Position numbers and translations under genes: made by a program | Shown: positions 30,051 through 39,996 of the stretch, piece after piece | How positions within the stretch are numbered: the stretch's first letter is position 1 | Layout: each line of letters starts with the position of its first letter | NCBI GenBank assembly: GCA_022844165.1 | Contig: JALHMH010000021.1 | Coordinates: 16,646 to 80,645 of the forward strand | Reading direction: 5' to 3' | Source of the DNA: Lysobacterales bacterium | GTDB taxonomy: Bacteria > Pseudomonadota > Gammaproteobacteria > Xanthomonadales > SZUA-5 | DNA length: 64,000 nucleotides | The notes under the pieces: generated by a model | Databases searched by the model: none | Seen by the model: the letters and a program-made list of their open reading frames with translations, nothing else | Told to the model about the DNA's origin: nothing

Positions 30051-30662
30051 ATGAGAATTTTGGCGATCTTGTCAGGGCTCACCACAGCGAACATATCGAT
30101 GGCCACCGAACAGGTCCCGTATCAAGTCATCGAATCGCTCCGCGAGGACATTGAACTGCGCCGATACCAGCCGGTCCTGGTAGCTCAAACCGATATCGTG
30201 GCCGGAAGTTTTCGTGAGGCCAGCGATATTGGGTTCCGACGGCTGGCGGGCTTCATTTTCGGCGACAATTCGGGCGAGCAGAAAATTGCGATGACCGCAC
30301 CGGTCATCATGGAGTCGCCGATGGCGTCTGGCCAGAGTTCGGGAAACGGCATTTGGCGGATGGCATTTGCAATGCCTTCTGAGTGGAGCTTGGATTCGCT
30401 GCCGACGCCGCGACGAACGGATGTTCTTATCCGCGAGTTGCCGGCACGCAACGTTGCTGCGCTTCGCTTTTCTGGCCGAGGCAGTGATGCGCAGTTCGCC
30501 GAAGCTGAGGCGCAGTTGCGTCAGGTGCTTGACTTGAAATCGATCGAGGCTGGCGATGCGAGTACAGCTCGCTATAACGCCCCATGGGTTCCTCCATTCC
30601 TGCGTCGAAACGAAGTGCTGATCGAGATCCAGAGCCCAAGTGGTCCGCGTGACGTCCGCTAG
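30051..30662 (+). CDS. SOUL-family heme-binding protein
   Basis: ELRRY, GFRRLAGFIFGDN, KIAMTAPV, LPTP, FSG, ARYNAPW-x-PPFLRRNEV. Confidence 0.88.
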   Translation: MRILAILSGLTTANISMATEQVPYQVIESLREDIELRRYQPVLVAQTDIVAGSFREASDIGFRRLAGFIFGDNSGEQKIAMTAPVIMESPMASGQSSGNGIWRMAFAMPSEWSLDSLPTPRRTDVLIRELPARNVAALRFSGRGSDAQFAEAEAQLRQVLDLKSIEAGDASTARYNAPWVPPFLRRNEVLIEIQSPSGPRDVR

Positions 30663-31357
30663 CCTCCATCCTCCTTTCGTACAGTGCCATCGCTATTGGC
30701 GAGAAAGAAGTCGATATCCGCCTGGTCTGTTCCATCTGCAGGAATCAAACGCAACCAGGGCGGCTTCACAACGTCATGGTGTTCGAGAAAGGCTCGGGTT
30801 TCCTCGGCACTTCCGAAGACAAAAACCCAGAAACTGGACGACGCGCCGGTGCGGCCATCAGGGCTTCGATCACGTTTCTCGACCCATCCTGGTACGCGGC
30901 CGTCAATGATCAAGTTTGCGACTTTCCTGACATCGACCTGCTGCAGTTCGATCGAACCATCGTTCGCAAACGTGTAAGCGATCAGGGTATAGCCGACAGG
31001 TTTGTCAGGCCGCGCAGCGGCGGTGTTGTCCTCGAGCGCCGCTACGTAAGTCTGGTTGGCAGTTGCAGCGAACCCAAGCGTCATGTCCTGACCTAAGTCG
31101 TCGATGTCTGCTTTGCCGTTACCTTGCTCGTCCGTTCCCACGGAAAGCGTTTGCCAACGAGCGCAATCGGCGGCGACACGCAGGTATTGGCGCTCCTTTT
31201 CATTGCCCTCGTTGGGCAGGTCCTCGATCCGCCAATCGCCCACCCATCGTGCATCGCATGCCGCGAGCGGCATCTGTGGCGGCGATTGAAACTGCACCGT
31301 TTCGCAAGCAACAAGTAGCGCTCCGCTCAATGCACAAAACAATAACCTCGCGACCAC
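30659..31357 (-). CDS. Putative lipoprotein, hypothetical
   Basis: GTG 31357 with AGGAG RBS; lipobox-like LLVAC after a hydrophobic stretch. The longer ORF-track start overlaps the acyltransferase gene. Confidence 0.65.
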   Translation of the reverse strand: MVARLLFCALSGALLVACETVQFQSPPQMPLAACDARWVGDWRIEDLPNEGNEKERQYLRVAADCARWQTLSVGTDEQGNGKADIDDLGQDMTLGFAATANQTYVAALEDNTAAARPDKPVGYTLIAYTFANDGSIELQQVDVRKVANLIIDGRVPGWVEKRDRSPDGRTGASSSFWVFVFGSAEETRAFLEHHDVVKPPWLRLIPADGTDQADIDFFLANSDGTVRKEDGG

Positions 31358-31629
31358 AGCGGGATCTCCTGGATGGGGCGGCTGCTGATCTCGAATGGTA
31401 CGCGCTGGCCGCCATCCGTGCGCGCATCCGAGCGAAGTCCGAATCGACGAGCGGCCTGCTATTGTCTCGCGCACCGCCACGGCAAGCTGCGGACGCGTCC
31501 TCGGCTTATGTGGTGCGATCGATGGCGATGACCAAATCCACCAAAGAGATCGGCGGCCTCGAAGTATTTTGGAACCCTGGGTCAGGGCGCGAAGCGAGTC
31601 AATGCTCGGCGGTCTGAGGCGAAGCCTCG

Positions 31630-32718
31630 CTAGGTTCCTCGCCCCAGCAGCCATGCCGCACTGGGCCGGCTGATCCAGCGCTCGACACCAATCGCAAGCA
31701 GCACACAAAGCGCAATCGTCGGCGGATAGATGAGCGCGCCGAAGTGCCGATCGACTGAAACAGCCTTCCATAAGGCGACAATGCTCAACACGACGAACAT
31801 ATGCGTCAGATATAACTCGTAGCTCAATCGACCCATTCGCGTCAACCACCGCGGCGCAGTTTGCCAATTCACTCGATGCAAGCCGAGCACCAGCAGCGTA
31901 GCTGCCAAAACGATGTACAAAATGCTGGAATGACCCAGCGCGCGCCAGAGTTCGCCCGGCGCCCAAAGCTGTATCGCAAATGCAAGCGCTGCACACGCCG
32001 TCAGAGCGCGCGCAAATCCGATGCTGTAGCGCCAAGACTGGGCGAGCAGCGCGGCCAGCACACCACCCGCGATCGCGGACATTGCAGGCAGATAAGCCTT
32101 CTCTTGCCAGATGTCATTGCCGTCATACCAACCGCGCGTCATTGGCAGCGAAAACAGCAGTACCAGCAATAAAAGCGCCAGCCAGCGCTTCGACAAAAGC
32201 ACACAAACGATGGGGAAAATCAGGTAAAACGCCTCTTCGATCGACAACGACCAAAGTACATCCCAGGACGCTGGCAACCATCCCACTTGCCCTTCGTACC
32301 AGTTGATATGCAAAAACATGGCGGCGACTTGTGCCCGGAACAGCGACTGTCCGTCCTTGTCGATGGTGTACCCAGGTACGCCGAGCCAATGCAGCGCAGA
32401 CAACACCACGATCAGCACCAACAAAAGCGGTGCAATACGCGCAAATCGTTGGCGATAGAACATCCGCCAATCGATCAGCGTTAGTGCGCCGTAGCGATCC
32501 AGCGCCCGCCGTGCGATCAAAAAACCGCTCAGAACGAAGAACACATAAACAGCCAGATACCCGTTATGCGAGAGCATCGCAATCAGACGCGCATGCAAGA
32601 ACTCCGCAAGTACGCCATCGCGCAGCGGCAGCCGAAATGGCAAAGCCAGGTGATGCAGGATGACCAGCAGAATTGCCATCCCGCGAACGGCATCGATGCC
32701 ATTGTTGCGCTCATTCAT
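31630..32718 (-). CDS. Acyltransferase-3 (OafA-like) membrane O-acyltransferase
   Basis: RNNGIDAVRGMAILLVILHH, VFFVLSGFLI, FYRQRFARIAP, LWSLSIEEAFY, GRLSYELYLTH. Confidence 0.9.
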   Translation of the reverse strand: MNERNNGIDAVRGMAILLVILHHLALPFRLPLRDGVLAEFLHARLIAMLSHNGYLAVYVFFVLSGFLIARRALDRYGALTLIDWRMFYRQRFARIAPLLLVLIVVLSALHWLGVPGYTIDKDGQSLFRAQVAAMFLHINWYEGQVGWLPASWDVLWSLSIEEAFYLIFPIVCVLLSKRWLALLLLVLLFSLPMTRGWYDGNDIWQEKAYLPAMSAIAGGVLAALLAQSWRYSIGFARALTACAALAFAIQLWAPGELWRALGHSSILYIVLAATLLVLGLHRVNWQTAPRWLTRMGRLSYELYLTHMFVVLSIVALWKAVSVDRHFGALIYPPTIALCVLLAIGVERWISRPSAAWLLGRGT

Positions 32719-32902
32719 TTTCTGCAGGTGTGGACGTTCGAAAAATCGGCAAGCCAACCAGCTCGTGCGTGGCGGTGCGAGCCTGTTGCTTAGAATTTGC
32801 CACGGGTCGTTGCGCGTCGCCCGCGCTGCGGCGATGTCGCCCTGTCCACCAAACGACGACGAAATGCGGCCGGGAACGTATCCCGGCTGCGAGTGGTCAG
32901 CC

Positions 32903-34363
32903 TTAGTGCCCTCCGCCATCCAACTCCTTCATTGCCGAAATCAACGCAGCGCCGGCGGCCTGGCCATCCATGAATAACATGCGTGCGTTGTCTTGGTAGA
33001 ACAGCGCGTTCTCGATGCCGGCAAAACCAGTGCCCTTGCCGCGTTTGATGACGATGACGTTCTTGCTCAAGGACACATCCAGGATCGGCATGCCGTAGAT
33101 CGGACTGGACGGATCGGTCTTGGCCACGGGATTGACCACATCGTTGGCGCCGATCACGATCGACACATCGGTGTTGGCGAACTCTGGATTAATGTCATCC
33201 ATGTCGGCGATCAGATCGTACGGCACACCGGCTTCGGCAAGCAGCACGTTCATATGCCCGGGCATGCGCCCAGCCACAGGATGGATCGCAAATCGCACCT
33301 TGACGCCGCGTTTCATCAACTGCTGCGTCAACTCCCAGATCTTGTGCTGCGCTTGCGCCACAGCCATGCCATAACCGGGCACGATGACCACACGCTCGGC
33401 GTACGCCATCATCACCGCAGCATCGCTGGCTTCAATCGGCTTCTGGCTGCCGCTGATCTCTTGTGCCGCAGCTCCACCACCGCCGAAATTACTGAACAGC
33501 ACATTGGTGATCGGCCGATTCATCGCCTTGGCCATGAGCTGGGTCAACAACGTGCCGGCAGCGCCGACCACCATGCCGGCGATGATCAACGCCGGGTTCT
33601 GCATGACATAACCTTCGAAAGCCACCGCCAAGCCAGTGAATGCGTTGTACAACGAAATCACGACCGGCATATCCGCACCGCCGATTGGCAGCGTCATGCT
33701 GACGCCCAGCACCAGACACACGATAAAAAACGCGACAATGATGCGTTCGTCGAGTTGGAACAGCAGCATGCCCCCAAGCACCACGGCAGCGACAAACAGC
33801 AGTAAGTTGAAAGCCTGCTGTCCGGGAAACGTGTAGCGCTTGTCCATCCAGCCTTGCAGCTTGGCAAAGGCAATCAACGAACCCGAGAAACTCACAGCAC
33901 CGATGAGTGCCCCGACAACCGCAAGCAGTGTCTTGGTGAATCCGAATTGCGCCTGGGCAGCCTGCATGTCCATCGCCGTGATTGCAGCACCTGCCAGCGC
34001 CGCCGCCTTGAACAATTCCACCGCACCGATCGCCGCTGCCGAGCCGCCGCCCATGCCGTTGTACAGTGCGACCATCTGCGGCATGTCCGTCATCGCGACT
34101 TTCTTGCCGCTGATCCAGGCCACGGACGTGCCGATCGTTACGGCCGCGATACACAGCAGCAAGTTATCGAGATGCAACGCGTAATTGCCGCTGGCATCAA
34201 AAAAGTAGAAGTAAAACGTGACAACACCGGCAATCACCATGCCGATACCGGCTTGCACGATGCCTTGCCGCGCCGTGACCGGAGAAGCCATGCGTTTCAG
34301 GCCCAGAATGAACATCACCGCAGCGATGAAGTACGCCGCTTGAACGAGGGTCAAAAGCGTCAT
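32903..34363 (-). CDS. pntB: NAD(P) transhydrogenase beta subunit
   Basis: MTDMPQMVALYNGMGGG, IGGADMPVVIS, VPGYGMAVAQAQH, IHPVAGRMPGHMNVLLAEA, GANDVVNP. Confidence 0.97.
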   Translation of the reverse strand: MTLLTLVQAAYFIAAVMFILGLKRMASPVTARQGIVQAGIGMVIAGVVTFYFYFFDASGNYALHLDNLLLCIAAVTIGTSVAWISGKKVAMTDMPQMVALYNGMGGGSAAAIGAVELFKAAALAGAAITAMDMQAAQAQFGFTKTLLAVVGALIGAVSFSGSLIAFAKLQGWMDKRYTFPGQQAFNLLLFVAAVVLGGMLLFQLDERIIVAFFIVCLVLGVSMTLPIGGADMPVVISLYNAFTGLAVAFEGYVMQNPALIIAGMVVGAAGTLLTQLMAKAMNRPITNVLFSNFGGGGAAAQEISGSQKPIEASDAAVMMAYAERVVIVPGYGMAVAQAQHKIWELTQQLMKRGVKVRFAIHPVAGRMPGHMNVLLAEAGVPYDLIADMDDINPEFANTDVSIVIGANDVVNPVAKTDPSSPIYGMPILDVSLSKNVIVIKRGKGTGFAGIENALFYQDNARMLFMDGQAAGAALISAMKELDGGGH

Positions 34364-34366
34364 GGA

Positions 34367-34657
34367 TCAGCCCCCCTTCTTGCTGGACTTGAACATTTCC
34401 AGCATGCGCTCGGTGACCACATAACCACCGGCTGCATTTCCTGCACCGAGCAGAACGCCAATGAAACCGATGACTTTTTCGAGCGTCGTGTCGGCGTGCG
34501 CCAGCACGATCATGGCGCCGACCATTACGATACCGTGCACAAAGTTGGAGCCGCTCATCAGCGGCGTATGTAGTATCACTGGCACGCGACCGATGATCTC
34601 GTAGCCGGTGAACGCCGCGAGCATGAAGATGTACAGTGCAACAAAGCCGTCGATCAT
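34367..34657 (-). CDS. pntAB: NAD(P) transhydrogenase alpha subunit part 2 (membrane)
   Basis: VPVILHTPLMSGSNFVHG, GGYVVTERMLEMF; lies between pntAA and pntB. Confidence 0.93.
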   Translation of the reverse strand: MIDGFVALYIFMLAAFTGYEIIGRVPVILHTPLMSGSNFVHGIVMVGAMIVLAHADTTLEKVIGFIGVLLGAGNAAGGYVVTERMLEMFKSSKKGG

Positions 34658-34666
34658 GGCATTCCC

Positions 34667-35791
34667 CTAGCCTTCAATTGCTTTACGCGTTGCTTCATGC
34701 ACGATCTTCCCGTCGTGCGTCAGCGCGCTCTTGGCGATCAGTTCGTCGTTCCAATCGGGTTTGGATTCGCCGCCTTTGACGAATAACGAAAGAAAGTTCA
34801 GTTGATTCCGGGCATACATCTCGCTGGCGTGAATTGCACCCATGCTGGCCAGATTGAGCGGCCCTGCAAAAGTCACGCCGTTCTGGATAAAAGTCGCGCC
34901 AGGCTGCGTAAGCGCACAGTTGCCGCCTGTCTCCGCCGCCAGATCGACCACCACTGCGCCTGGTCTCAAATTCGCCGCCATTTCGGCCGACACGATCTTT
35001 GGTGCCGCACGCCCTGGCACGGCCGCAGTGCAGATCAGCACGTCATAGTTTTTCAGTTGCTCGCCCAGACGCCGGCTCTGTTCAGCACGTTCTTCAGCCG
35101 TCAGTTCTCGCGCGTAGCCGCCATCGCCCTTCGCCGATACACCCAGATCCAAAAACTTACCGCCCAGCGACTCGATCTGTTCTTTGGTTTCCGGGCGCAC
35201 GTCGAAAGCTTCTACCGCGGCCCCCAGGCGTTTGCTGGTTGCGATCGCCTGCAGTCCGGCAACGCCCGCGCCAATGATCAGCACCTTCGCGGGGCGAACC
35301 GTGCCGGCGGCGGTCGTCAGCATCGGAAAGAACTTGCCCGACAATTCCGCCGCAATTAAGGTGGCCTTGTAGCCGGCCATGCCCGCTTGCGATGACAACA
35401 CATCCATGGCTTGTGCGCGCGTGGTTCGCGGCAACAACTCTAGAGAAAAACCGGTGATTTTTCGATCGCGCAGCGCCTTGACGCGCTCCGGATTCAAATG
35501 CGGTTGCAGGTAACCAACGACAATCGCGCCTTCTTTCAGGAGTGCGATGTCATCGACGCCGAGTGGTTGTACGTGCATCACAATATCGGCGCGGCTTAGC
35601 GCCGCTGCGCGCGTATCGACCAGTTCCACGTCGGCATACAGCGACCCCGGCATCTGTGCGGCGTCGCCAAAACCAGCCTCGGCCACCAGTGTGGCGCCAA
35701 GTCCCTTTAGTTTCTTTGCAACTTCCGGCACCAGCGCACAGCGCTTCTCGCCGATTGCCAACTCACGCACCACGCTAATGGTAATGCCCAT
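34667..35791 (-). CDS. pntAA: NAD(P) transhydrogenase alpha subunit part 1 (NAD-binding)
   Basis: EKRCALVP, RTTRAQAMDVLSSQA, IGAGVAGLQAIAT, GGYAREL, DLAAETGGNC. Confidence 0.95.
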   Translation of the reverse strand: MGITISVVRELAIGEKRCALVPEVAKKLKGLGATLVAEAGFGDAAQMPGSLYADVELVDTRAAALSRADIVMHVQPLGVDDIALLKEGAIVVGYLQPHLNPERVKALRDRKITGFSLELLPRTTRAQAMDVLSSQAGMAGYKATLIAAELSGKFFPMLTTAAGTVRPAKVLIIGAGVAGLQAIATSKRLGAAVEAFDVRPETKEQIESLGGKFLDLGVSAKGDGGYARELTAEERAEQSRRLGEQLKNYDVLICTAAVPGRAAPKIVSAEMAANLRPGAVVVDLAAETGGNCALTQPGATFIQNGVTFAGPLNLASMGAIHASEMYARNQLNFLSLFVKGGESKPDWNDELIAKSALTHDGKIVHEATRKAIEG

Positions 35792-35834
35792 CGGAAAATG
35801 TCTCCCCCGCGTGAAAACCCCGACGGAAGACTAG

Positions 35835-35983
35835 CACGATGTTGAGAAGTGCTTTCCCGCACTTTCTCAACGTCGCGAGTCCGGCGCAGGTTTGAACTCG
35901 CTCTACATAGATCAAGCACTTGCGTGCCAGATCCATGAGAAACCATCCATGTTCGTTCCAAAAGGCTGTTTCTCATCAGCCTT
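35835..35983. mobile_element. MITE-like non-autonomous repeat, copy 2 (more degenerate)
   Basis: Preceded by CTAG; ends CACGATGTTGAGAA / TTCTCATCAGCCTT. Shares GTCGCGAGTCCGG, ACTCGCTCT, GATCAAGCACTTGCGTGC, GATCCATGAG and AACCATCCATG blocks with 2511-2651. Confidence 0.6.
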
Positions 35984-36090
35984 CTGTTCCGGCAAATTAC
36001 CATGGCGGGTTGGTTATCCTTCAACCAGCAACAAGCGACGCTCAAATTGCTGCACAATGTTCAGGCGGTCGACGCACGGGGGCGTTGTCG

Positions 36091-38904
36091 ATGGGATTGA
36101 GTCGCTGGAATTGGAAAGCAAAGATCGGCTCTTGGATCTTGATCTTTGCTGGGATGTCCGAATCGGGTTTGGGTGCTGGTTTTGTCGGAAAGCCGCCCAT
36201 CGAGCGCTTCGAGATCCCGCTTCAAGTGTATCCGAGTCACTTTGCCATCGAACAGACCGCTGACGGCAGAGTCCATGTCGGCAGCCACGATGGAATATTG
36301 AGCTTCGATGGCGAACGCTGGTCGCTGCTAAAGACCAACGGTCAATTGGTGCGCAGCCTTGCCACCACGGGAAATCGGCTGTATGTCGGAGGCTACGATA
36401 CATACGGTTATGTCGATCGCGACCCGGGTGGGTATGCGACCTACACTGATTTATCAGCACAGCGCGCTGCGACATCGGCGCCCGATGGTTTCGCGGATAT
36501 CTGGCGAATTGCAGTCACCGACGATGGCGTGTTTTTTGTCGCTCTGCATCATGTGTTCACGTTCGATCCCGAAACCGGTCAGCAGCGCTATCTAAGTCAC
36601 CCGGGTCGCTTCGGCGGAATTGCACAGTGCAACGGCAAAACCTGGTTGCAGTTTCGCGGCGAGGGATTTCGGCGCTGGATCGACGGCGCCTGGCAACCGA
36701 TGCCGCATACGAACAGCTTAAACGAGTTAATCAGCATCGTGCTGCCGGAGTCCTCGCAAAGCTGTCTGGCGCTCGGGAATTCCGGTTTGCATCGACTGAC
36801 CGAAAGCTCGGTCGAACGCTTGCCGTTGCCGGATCGAACGCCCCTACAGTGGTTCCATCAGGGCATACGTTTGCCCGACGGATCCCTGGCAGTTTCAACC
36901 TCTGTTGGCCAGGTCTTCCTGTTGAGCGCGAATGACCAGCAATGGCGAACGATTCCCGTGCACTCCGGTTTCCTGACCGATATTGACTATAACGATGGGG
37001 CTCTCCTGGTCGCGGCCACAACAACGATCTACCGTTTTGCCTGGCCCAACGCCTTCTCGACGTTCGGCACCACCGATGCTCGCCGCAGCTCCTTGACCGG
37101 TGCCCGGCAAGTGAACGACCGCTTATTGCTGTTCAGCGATGCCGATGTCTGGCAACTTCCGGACCAGGGTGGAGCTGCCGCCATACAGCCGCTGCAGCTC
37201 ACGCAGTCGTCTTCGTACGATTGGCTTGCGGTTGATGGAACGCAGTTGCTCGCCGAAGGTCACGCGTTAGTCGAGCTGGCGGCAGCGCCGAGAGTTGTCG
37301 ACCCGTCAGTCTATCCGCGGTTATTGGTCGCCGATCGATTTCGCACAAGCAGCGTTTTCGTCGGAACCGAGCACGGTCTGCGCCAAATGCGCAAGGCTGG
37401 CGGTTGGACCTTGCAGCCGGATCCTGCTCCACTGGACGGCATGCTGGTGACCAGCCTTGTCCAACCAGATCGGCATAGCGTCTGGATCGGGTCGCGCAAC
37501 GGCGTATGGCGGCATCGACTGGACGACTCAGGCCGCGTGCTCGCCGGAGTTCGGGTTGAACTGCCCCAGAGCGACGATCCGGAAGCACACATCTACATGG
37601 ATGGCGAGCAGTTGATTGCATCTAATGCTCGTGGGATCTACGCCTGGGACAATGATCGGTTCTTGCCAGAACCGCGATTCTCCGACTTGATCGATTTGCG
37701 CACACGTTCAGATGAGGCCCTGCAGTTGGTCATCGATCCACACAACAAACGCCGATGGGCATTTACCAGTACCGAGTTGTTTACGGATCGTGGCCAGTGG
37801 CGTTCGATCCCGTTTCGTTATTCGAATATCGGCCCGATCATTGAGGCGTTACCGATCAATGCATCGACGTTGTTGGTTGTCGGCCTCGACGGTGTGATGC
37901 AGTACCAGGATCACCTTGAGGCGCCGCACAGAGCGGTGGCGAAACTACAGTTCACGTCGGTGACTATGGTGACTGCGAATGGCAGCGAGCGGCCACTGCC
38001 CTTGGCGCCGCAAGACCGGGTGAGTCTCGCGCCCGACGACATCGGTGTTCGCTTCCAGTTCGCATTGTCTGGCTTACGCACCGGAAAGACACTGTATCGG
38101 GGCCGGCTGTTTCCCTATGAACAAGAATTCTCGGAATGGGCGTCGAGTGCGGGCTATACCTACACCCGGCTGAGACCTGGCGAGTACGAATTGGAGGTCC
38201 AGGCCCGCGACGAGCATGGTACGGTCCTGAGCATGCCGCCCTATCGCATTGCGTTTTCGCCAAAATGGCACGAACTGACGACTGTGCGGATCATGGCGTC
38301 GGCGCTTGCCGTGGCCCTCCTTGCCGTGCTGGGATGGCTGATGTATCGGCATCGCACACGCGTGCTGCGGCGCCTTGTCGCCGAACGCACAGAAGCGCTG
38401 GCGCAAGCCAATCGAAAACTTTCGGATCTTGCCCACCAGGATGCGCTGACGCAAATTCCCAACCGGCGCCGTTTTGACGAATACTTCTCCGCATTATGGT
38501 CAACATGCGGCCAGAACGGCAGGCACTTGGCTCTGCTGTTAATCGACGTCGATCACTTCAAGGCCTACAACGATCGCCACGGACATGCTGCGGGCGATGA
38601 TCTATTGCGCGCGCTGGCGCGTGTGCTCGCAGCTGCACTGCGACGCAACGAAGACCTCATTGCACGTTATGGCGGCGAGGAGTTCGCCGTCATCATGCCG
38701 GGTGCGCAGCTCGACGCTGCCGTCGCCACCGGCGAATTGCTGCGAAAAGTCGTTGCCAACGCCAACCTTGATGTCAGCGTTTCGATTGGCGTCGCCAGCG
38801 CAAAACCAAGCCTGGATCCCAACCAGGCCGAGTTGTTCGAGCGCGCCGACAAGGCGCTGTATCGCGCAAAAGAAGGCGGCCGCAATCGTGTCGAGTCGGA
38901 TTGA
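36091..38904 (+). CDS. Periplasmic beta-propeller/Y_Y_Y sensor diguanylate cyclase
   Basis: Propeller-like repeats, YTYTRLRPGEYELEVQARD (Y_Y_Y), one TM helix, DALTQIPNRR, DVDHFKAYND, RNED I-site, RYGGEEF. Start approximate (ATG 36091); the ORF-track start lies within the repeat. Confidence 0.88.
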   Translation: MGLSRWNWKAKIGSWILIFAGMSESGLGAGFVGKPPIERFEIPLQVYPSHFAIEQTADGRVHVGSHDGILSFDGERWSLLKTNGQLVRSLATTGNRLYVGGYDTYGYVDRDPGGYATYTDLSAQRAATSAPDGFADIWRIAVTDDGVFFVALHHVFTFDPETGQQRYLSHPGRFGGIAQCNGKTWLQFRGEGFRRWIDGAWQPMPHTNSLNELISIVLPESSQSCLALGNSGLHRLTESSVERLPLPDRTPLQWFHQGIRLPDGSLAVSTSVGQVFLLSANDQQWRTIPVHSGFLTDIDYNDGALLVAATTTIYRFAWPNAFSTFGTTDARRSSLTGARQVNDRLLLFSDADVWQLPDQGGAAAIQPLQLTQSSSYDWLAVDGTQLLAEGHALVELAAAPRVVDPSVYPRLLVADRFRTSSVFVGTEHGLRQMRKAGGWTLQPDPAPLDGMLVTSLVQPDRHSVWIGSRNGVWRHRLDDSGRVLAGVRVELPQSDDPEAHIYMDGEQLIASNARGIYAWDNDRFLPEPRFSDLIDLRTRSDEALQLVIDPHNKRRWAFTSTELFTDRGQWRSIPFRYSNIGPIIEALPINASTLLVVGLDGVMQYQDHLEAPHRAVAKLQFTSVTMVTANGSERPLPLAPQDRVSLAPDDIGVRFQFALSGLRTGKTLYRGRLFPYEQEFSEWASSAGYTYTRLRPGEYELEVQARDEHGTVLSMPPYRIAFSPKWHELTTVRIMASALAVALLAVLGWLMYRHRTRVLRRLVAERTEALAQANRKLSDLAHQDALTQIPNRRRFDEYFSALWSTCGQNGRHLALLLIDVDHFKAYNDRHGHAAGDDLLRALARVLAAALRRNEDLIARYGGEEFAVIMPGAQLDAAVATGELLRKVVANANLDVSVSIGVASAKPSLDPNQAELFERADKALYRAKEGGRNRVESD

Positions 38905-38941
38905 ACCACTGGTGCACGGATGATTGCCAAATGCGAGACAG

Positions 38942-38984
38942 AGCAAGTTCGCGCCGCAAGCGGCGCTCTTGCTACCCGTGGGTA
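38942..38984. repeat. REP-like palindrome / possible bidirectional terminator between convergent genes
   Basis: AGCAAG-ttc-GCGCCGC-aa-GCGGCGC-t-CTTGCT hairpin followed by TACCC-gt-GGGTA; the minus strand reads GTAG...GAGCG...CGCGA. Confidence 0.4.
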
Positions 38985-39024
38985 CGCCCGGCCTGCGCCG
39001 CGCGCCCACCCTCTCAAAGAGCCG

Positions 39025-39978
39025 TCAGGGTCGCGCCGCCAGCGCTGGATCTTCCGGTCGAATTTGTTTCAGGTCAGCTTTCGACACGCCCATCCAGAGC
39101 AGGATCGGATTGCAGAAAAAGATCGACGATAGCGTACCGATGGCAATACCAACGATGCTGGTCAACGCAAAGTTCTCGACGACTGGGCCGCCCAGGAAAA
39201 ACAACGAGAACAAGGCCATGAACACGGTAATACCAGTGATCAACGTTCGCGACAGGGTGTTGTTGATTGCTTTGTTGATACTCTCAACGGGCCCCATTTT
39301 GCGCGCACTGCGAAAGATCTCGCGGACCCGGTCGAAGACCACAACCTTGTCGTTAATCGAATAACCGGCGACGGTCAGCACCGCAGCAAGCACCGTCAGA
39401 TCGAAGCTCAGCTGCAACAGCGAGATAAATCCAAGCGTGATAATCACATCGTGGATCTGCCCGGCCATTGCCGAAAACCCGAAACGCCATTCGAAGCGCA
39501 TCGCAACGTACAACATGATGGTCAAAAGAACGAAGACGACCGCAATGACGCCGTCTTCTTTGAGCTCGTCGCCAACCTGCGGGCCGACGAATTCGCTACG
39601 TTTGATGTCGACGTTGATGCCGGCCTGAGCGAGCGTTGATTTGACTCGATCGACCACCTGCGCCTGGGCCTTGGCATTGTTGGCGTTTTCGCCCGCCAGT
39701 GGCGGCACACGGATCGCGATTTCCCGCGAGCCACCAATGCTTTGCACGGTAAAGCCATCGAAACCGCCTGCGGCGAGCGTGCCTCGGACCTTTTCGCTGT
39801 CCAGCGCTTCGACAGACGTCGCTTCGATCAGCGTGCCACCGGTAAAGTCCAGCGCGAGGTTCAGACCGCGAGTTGCCAGGAGGGCCACCGACGCAATCAT
39901 CAGGAACACTGAGACAGCCATCGACATCTTGCGCCAACTCATGAACGGGATGTTGGCATTCGGGTTGAAAATTTCCAT
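39025..39978 (-). CDS. secF: Protein translocase subunit SecF
   Basis: GLNLALDFTGGT, EFVGPQVGDEL, HDVIITLG, GYSINDKVVVFDRVRE, TLSRTLIT. Confidence 0.97.
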   Translation of the reverse strand: MEIFNPNANIPFMSWRKMSMAVSVFLMIASVALLATRGLNLALDFTGGTLIEATSVEALDSEKVRGTLAAGGFDGFTVQSIGGSREIAIRVPPLAGENANNAKAQAQVVDRVKSTLAQAGINVDIKRSEFVGPQVGDELKEDGVIAVVFVLLTIMLYVAMRFEWRFGFSAMAGQIHDVIITLGFISLLQLSFDLTVLAAVLTVAGYSINDKVVVFDRVREIFRSARKMGPVESINKAINNTLSRTLITGITVFMALFSLFFLGGPVVENFALTSIVGIAIGTLSSIFFCNPILLWMGVSKADLKQIRPEDPALAARP

Positions 39979-39996
39979 CGTAGTTCTCCTACCCGA

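Noticed and set aside
31358-32035. Long upstream extension of the lipoprotein ORF and plus-strand ORFs in the 31358-31629 gap
   Set aside because: The extension overlaps the acyltransferase in another frame and has no motifs. The gap may hold a decayed fragment, but I cannot support a call.
32903-35791. Split pntA as a frameshift or pseudogene
   Set aside because: A three-gene pntAA-pntAB-pntB layout is a known normal arrangement, and each part has a clean start and stop.
35920-36090. N-terminal extension of the propeller cyclase ORF
   Set aside because: It begins inside repeat copy 2 and does not look protein-like.
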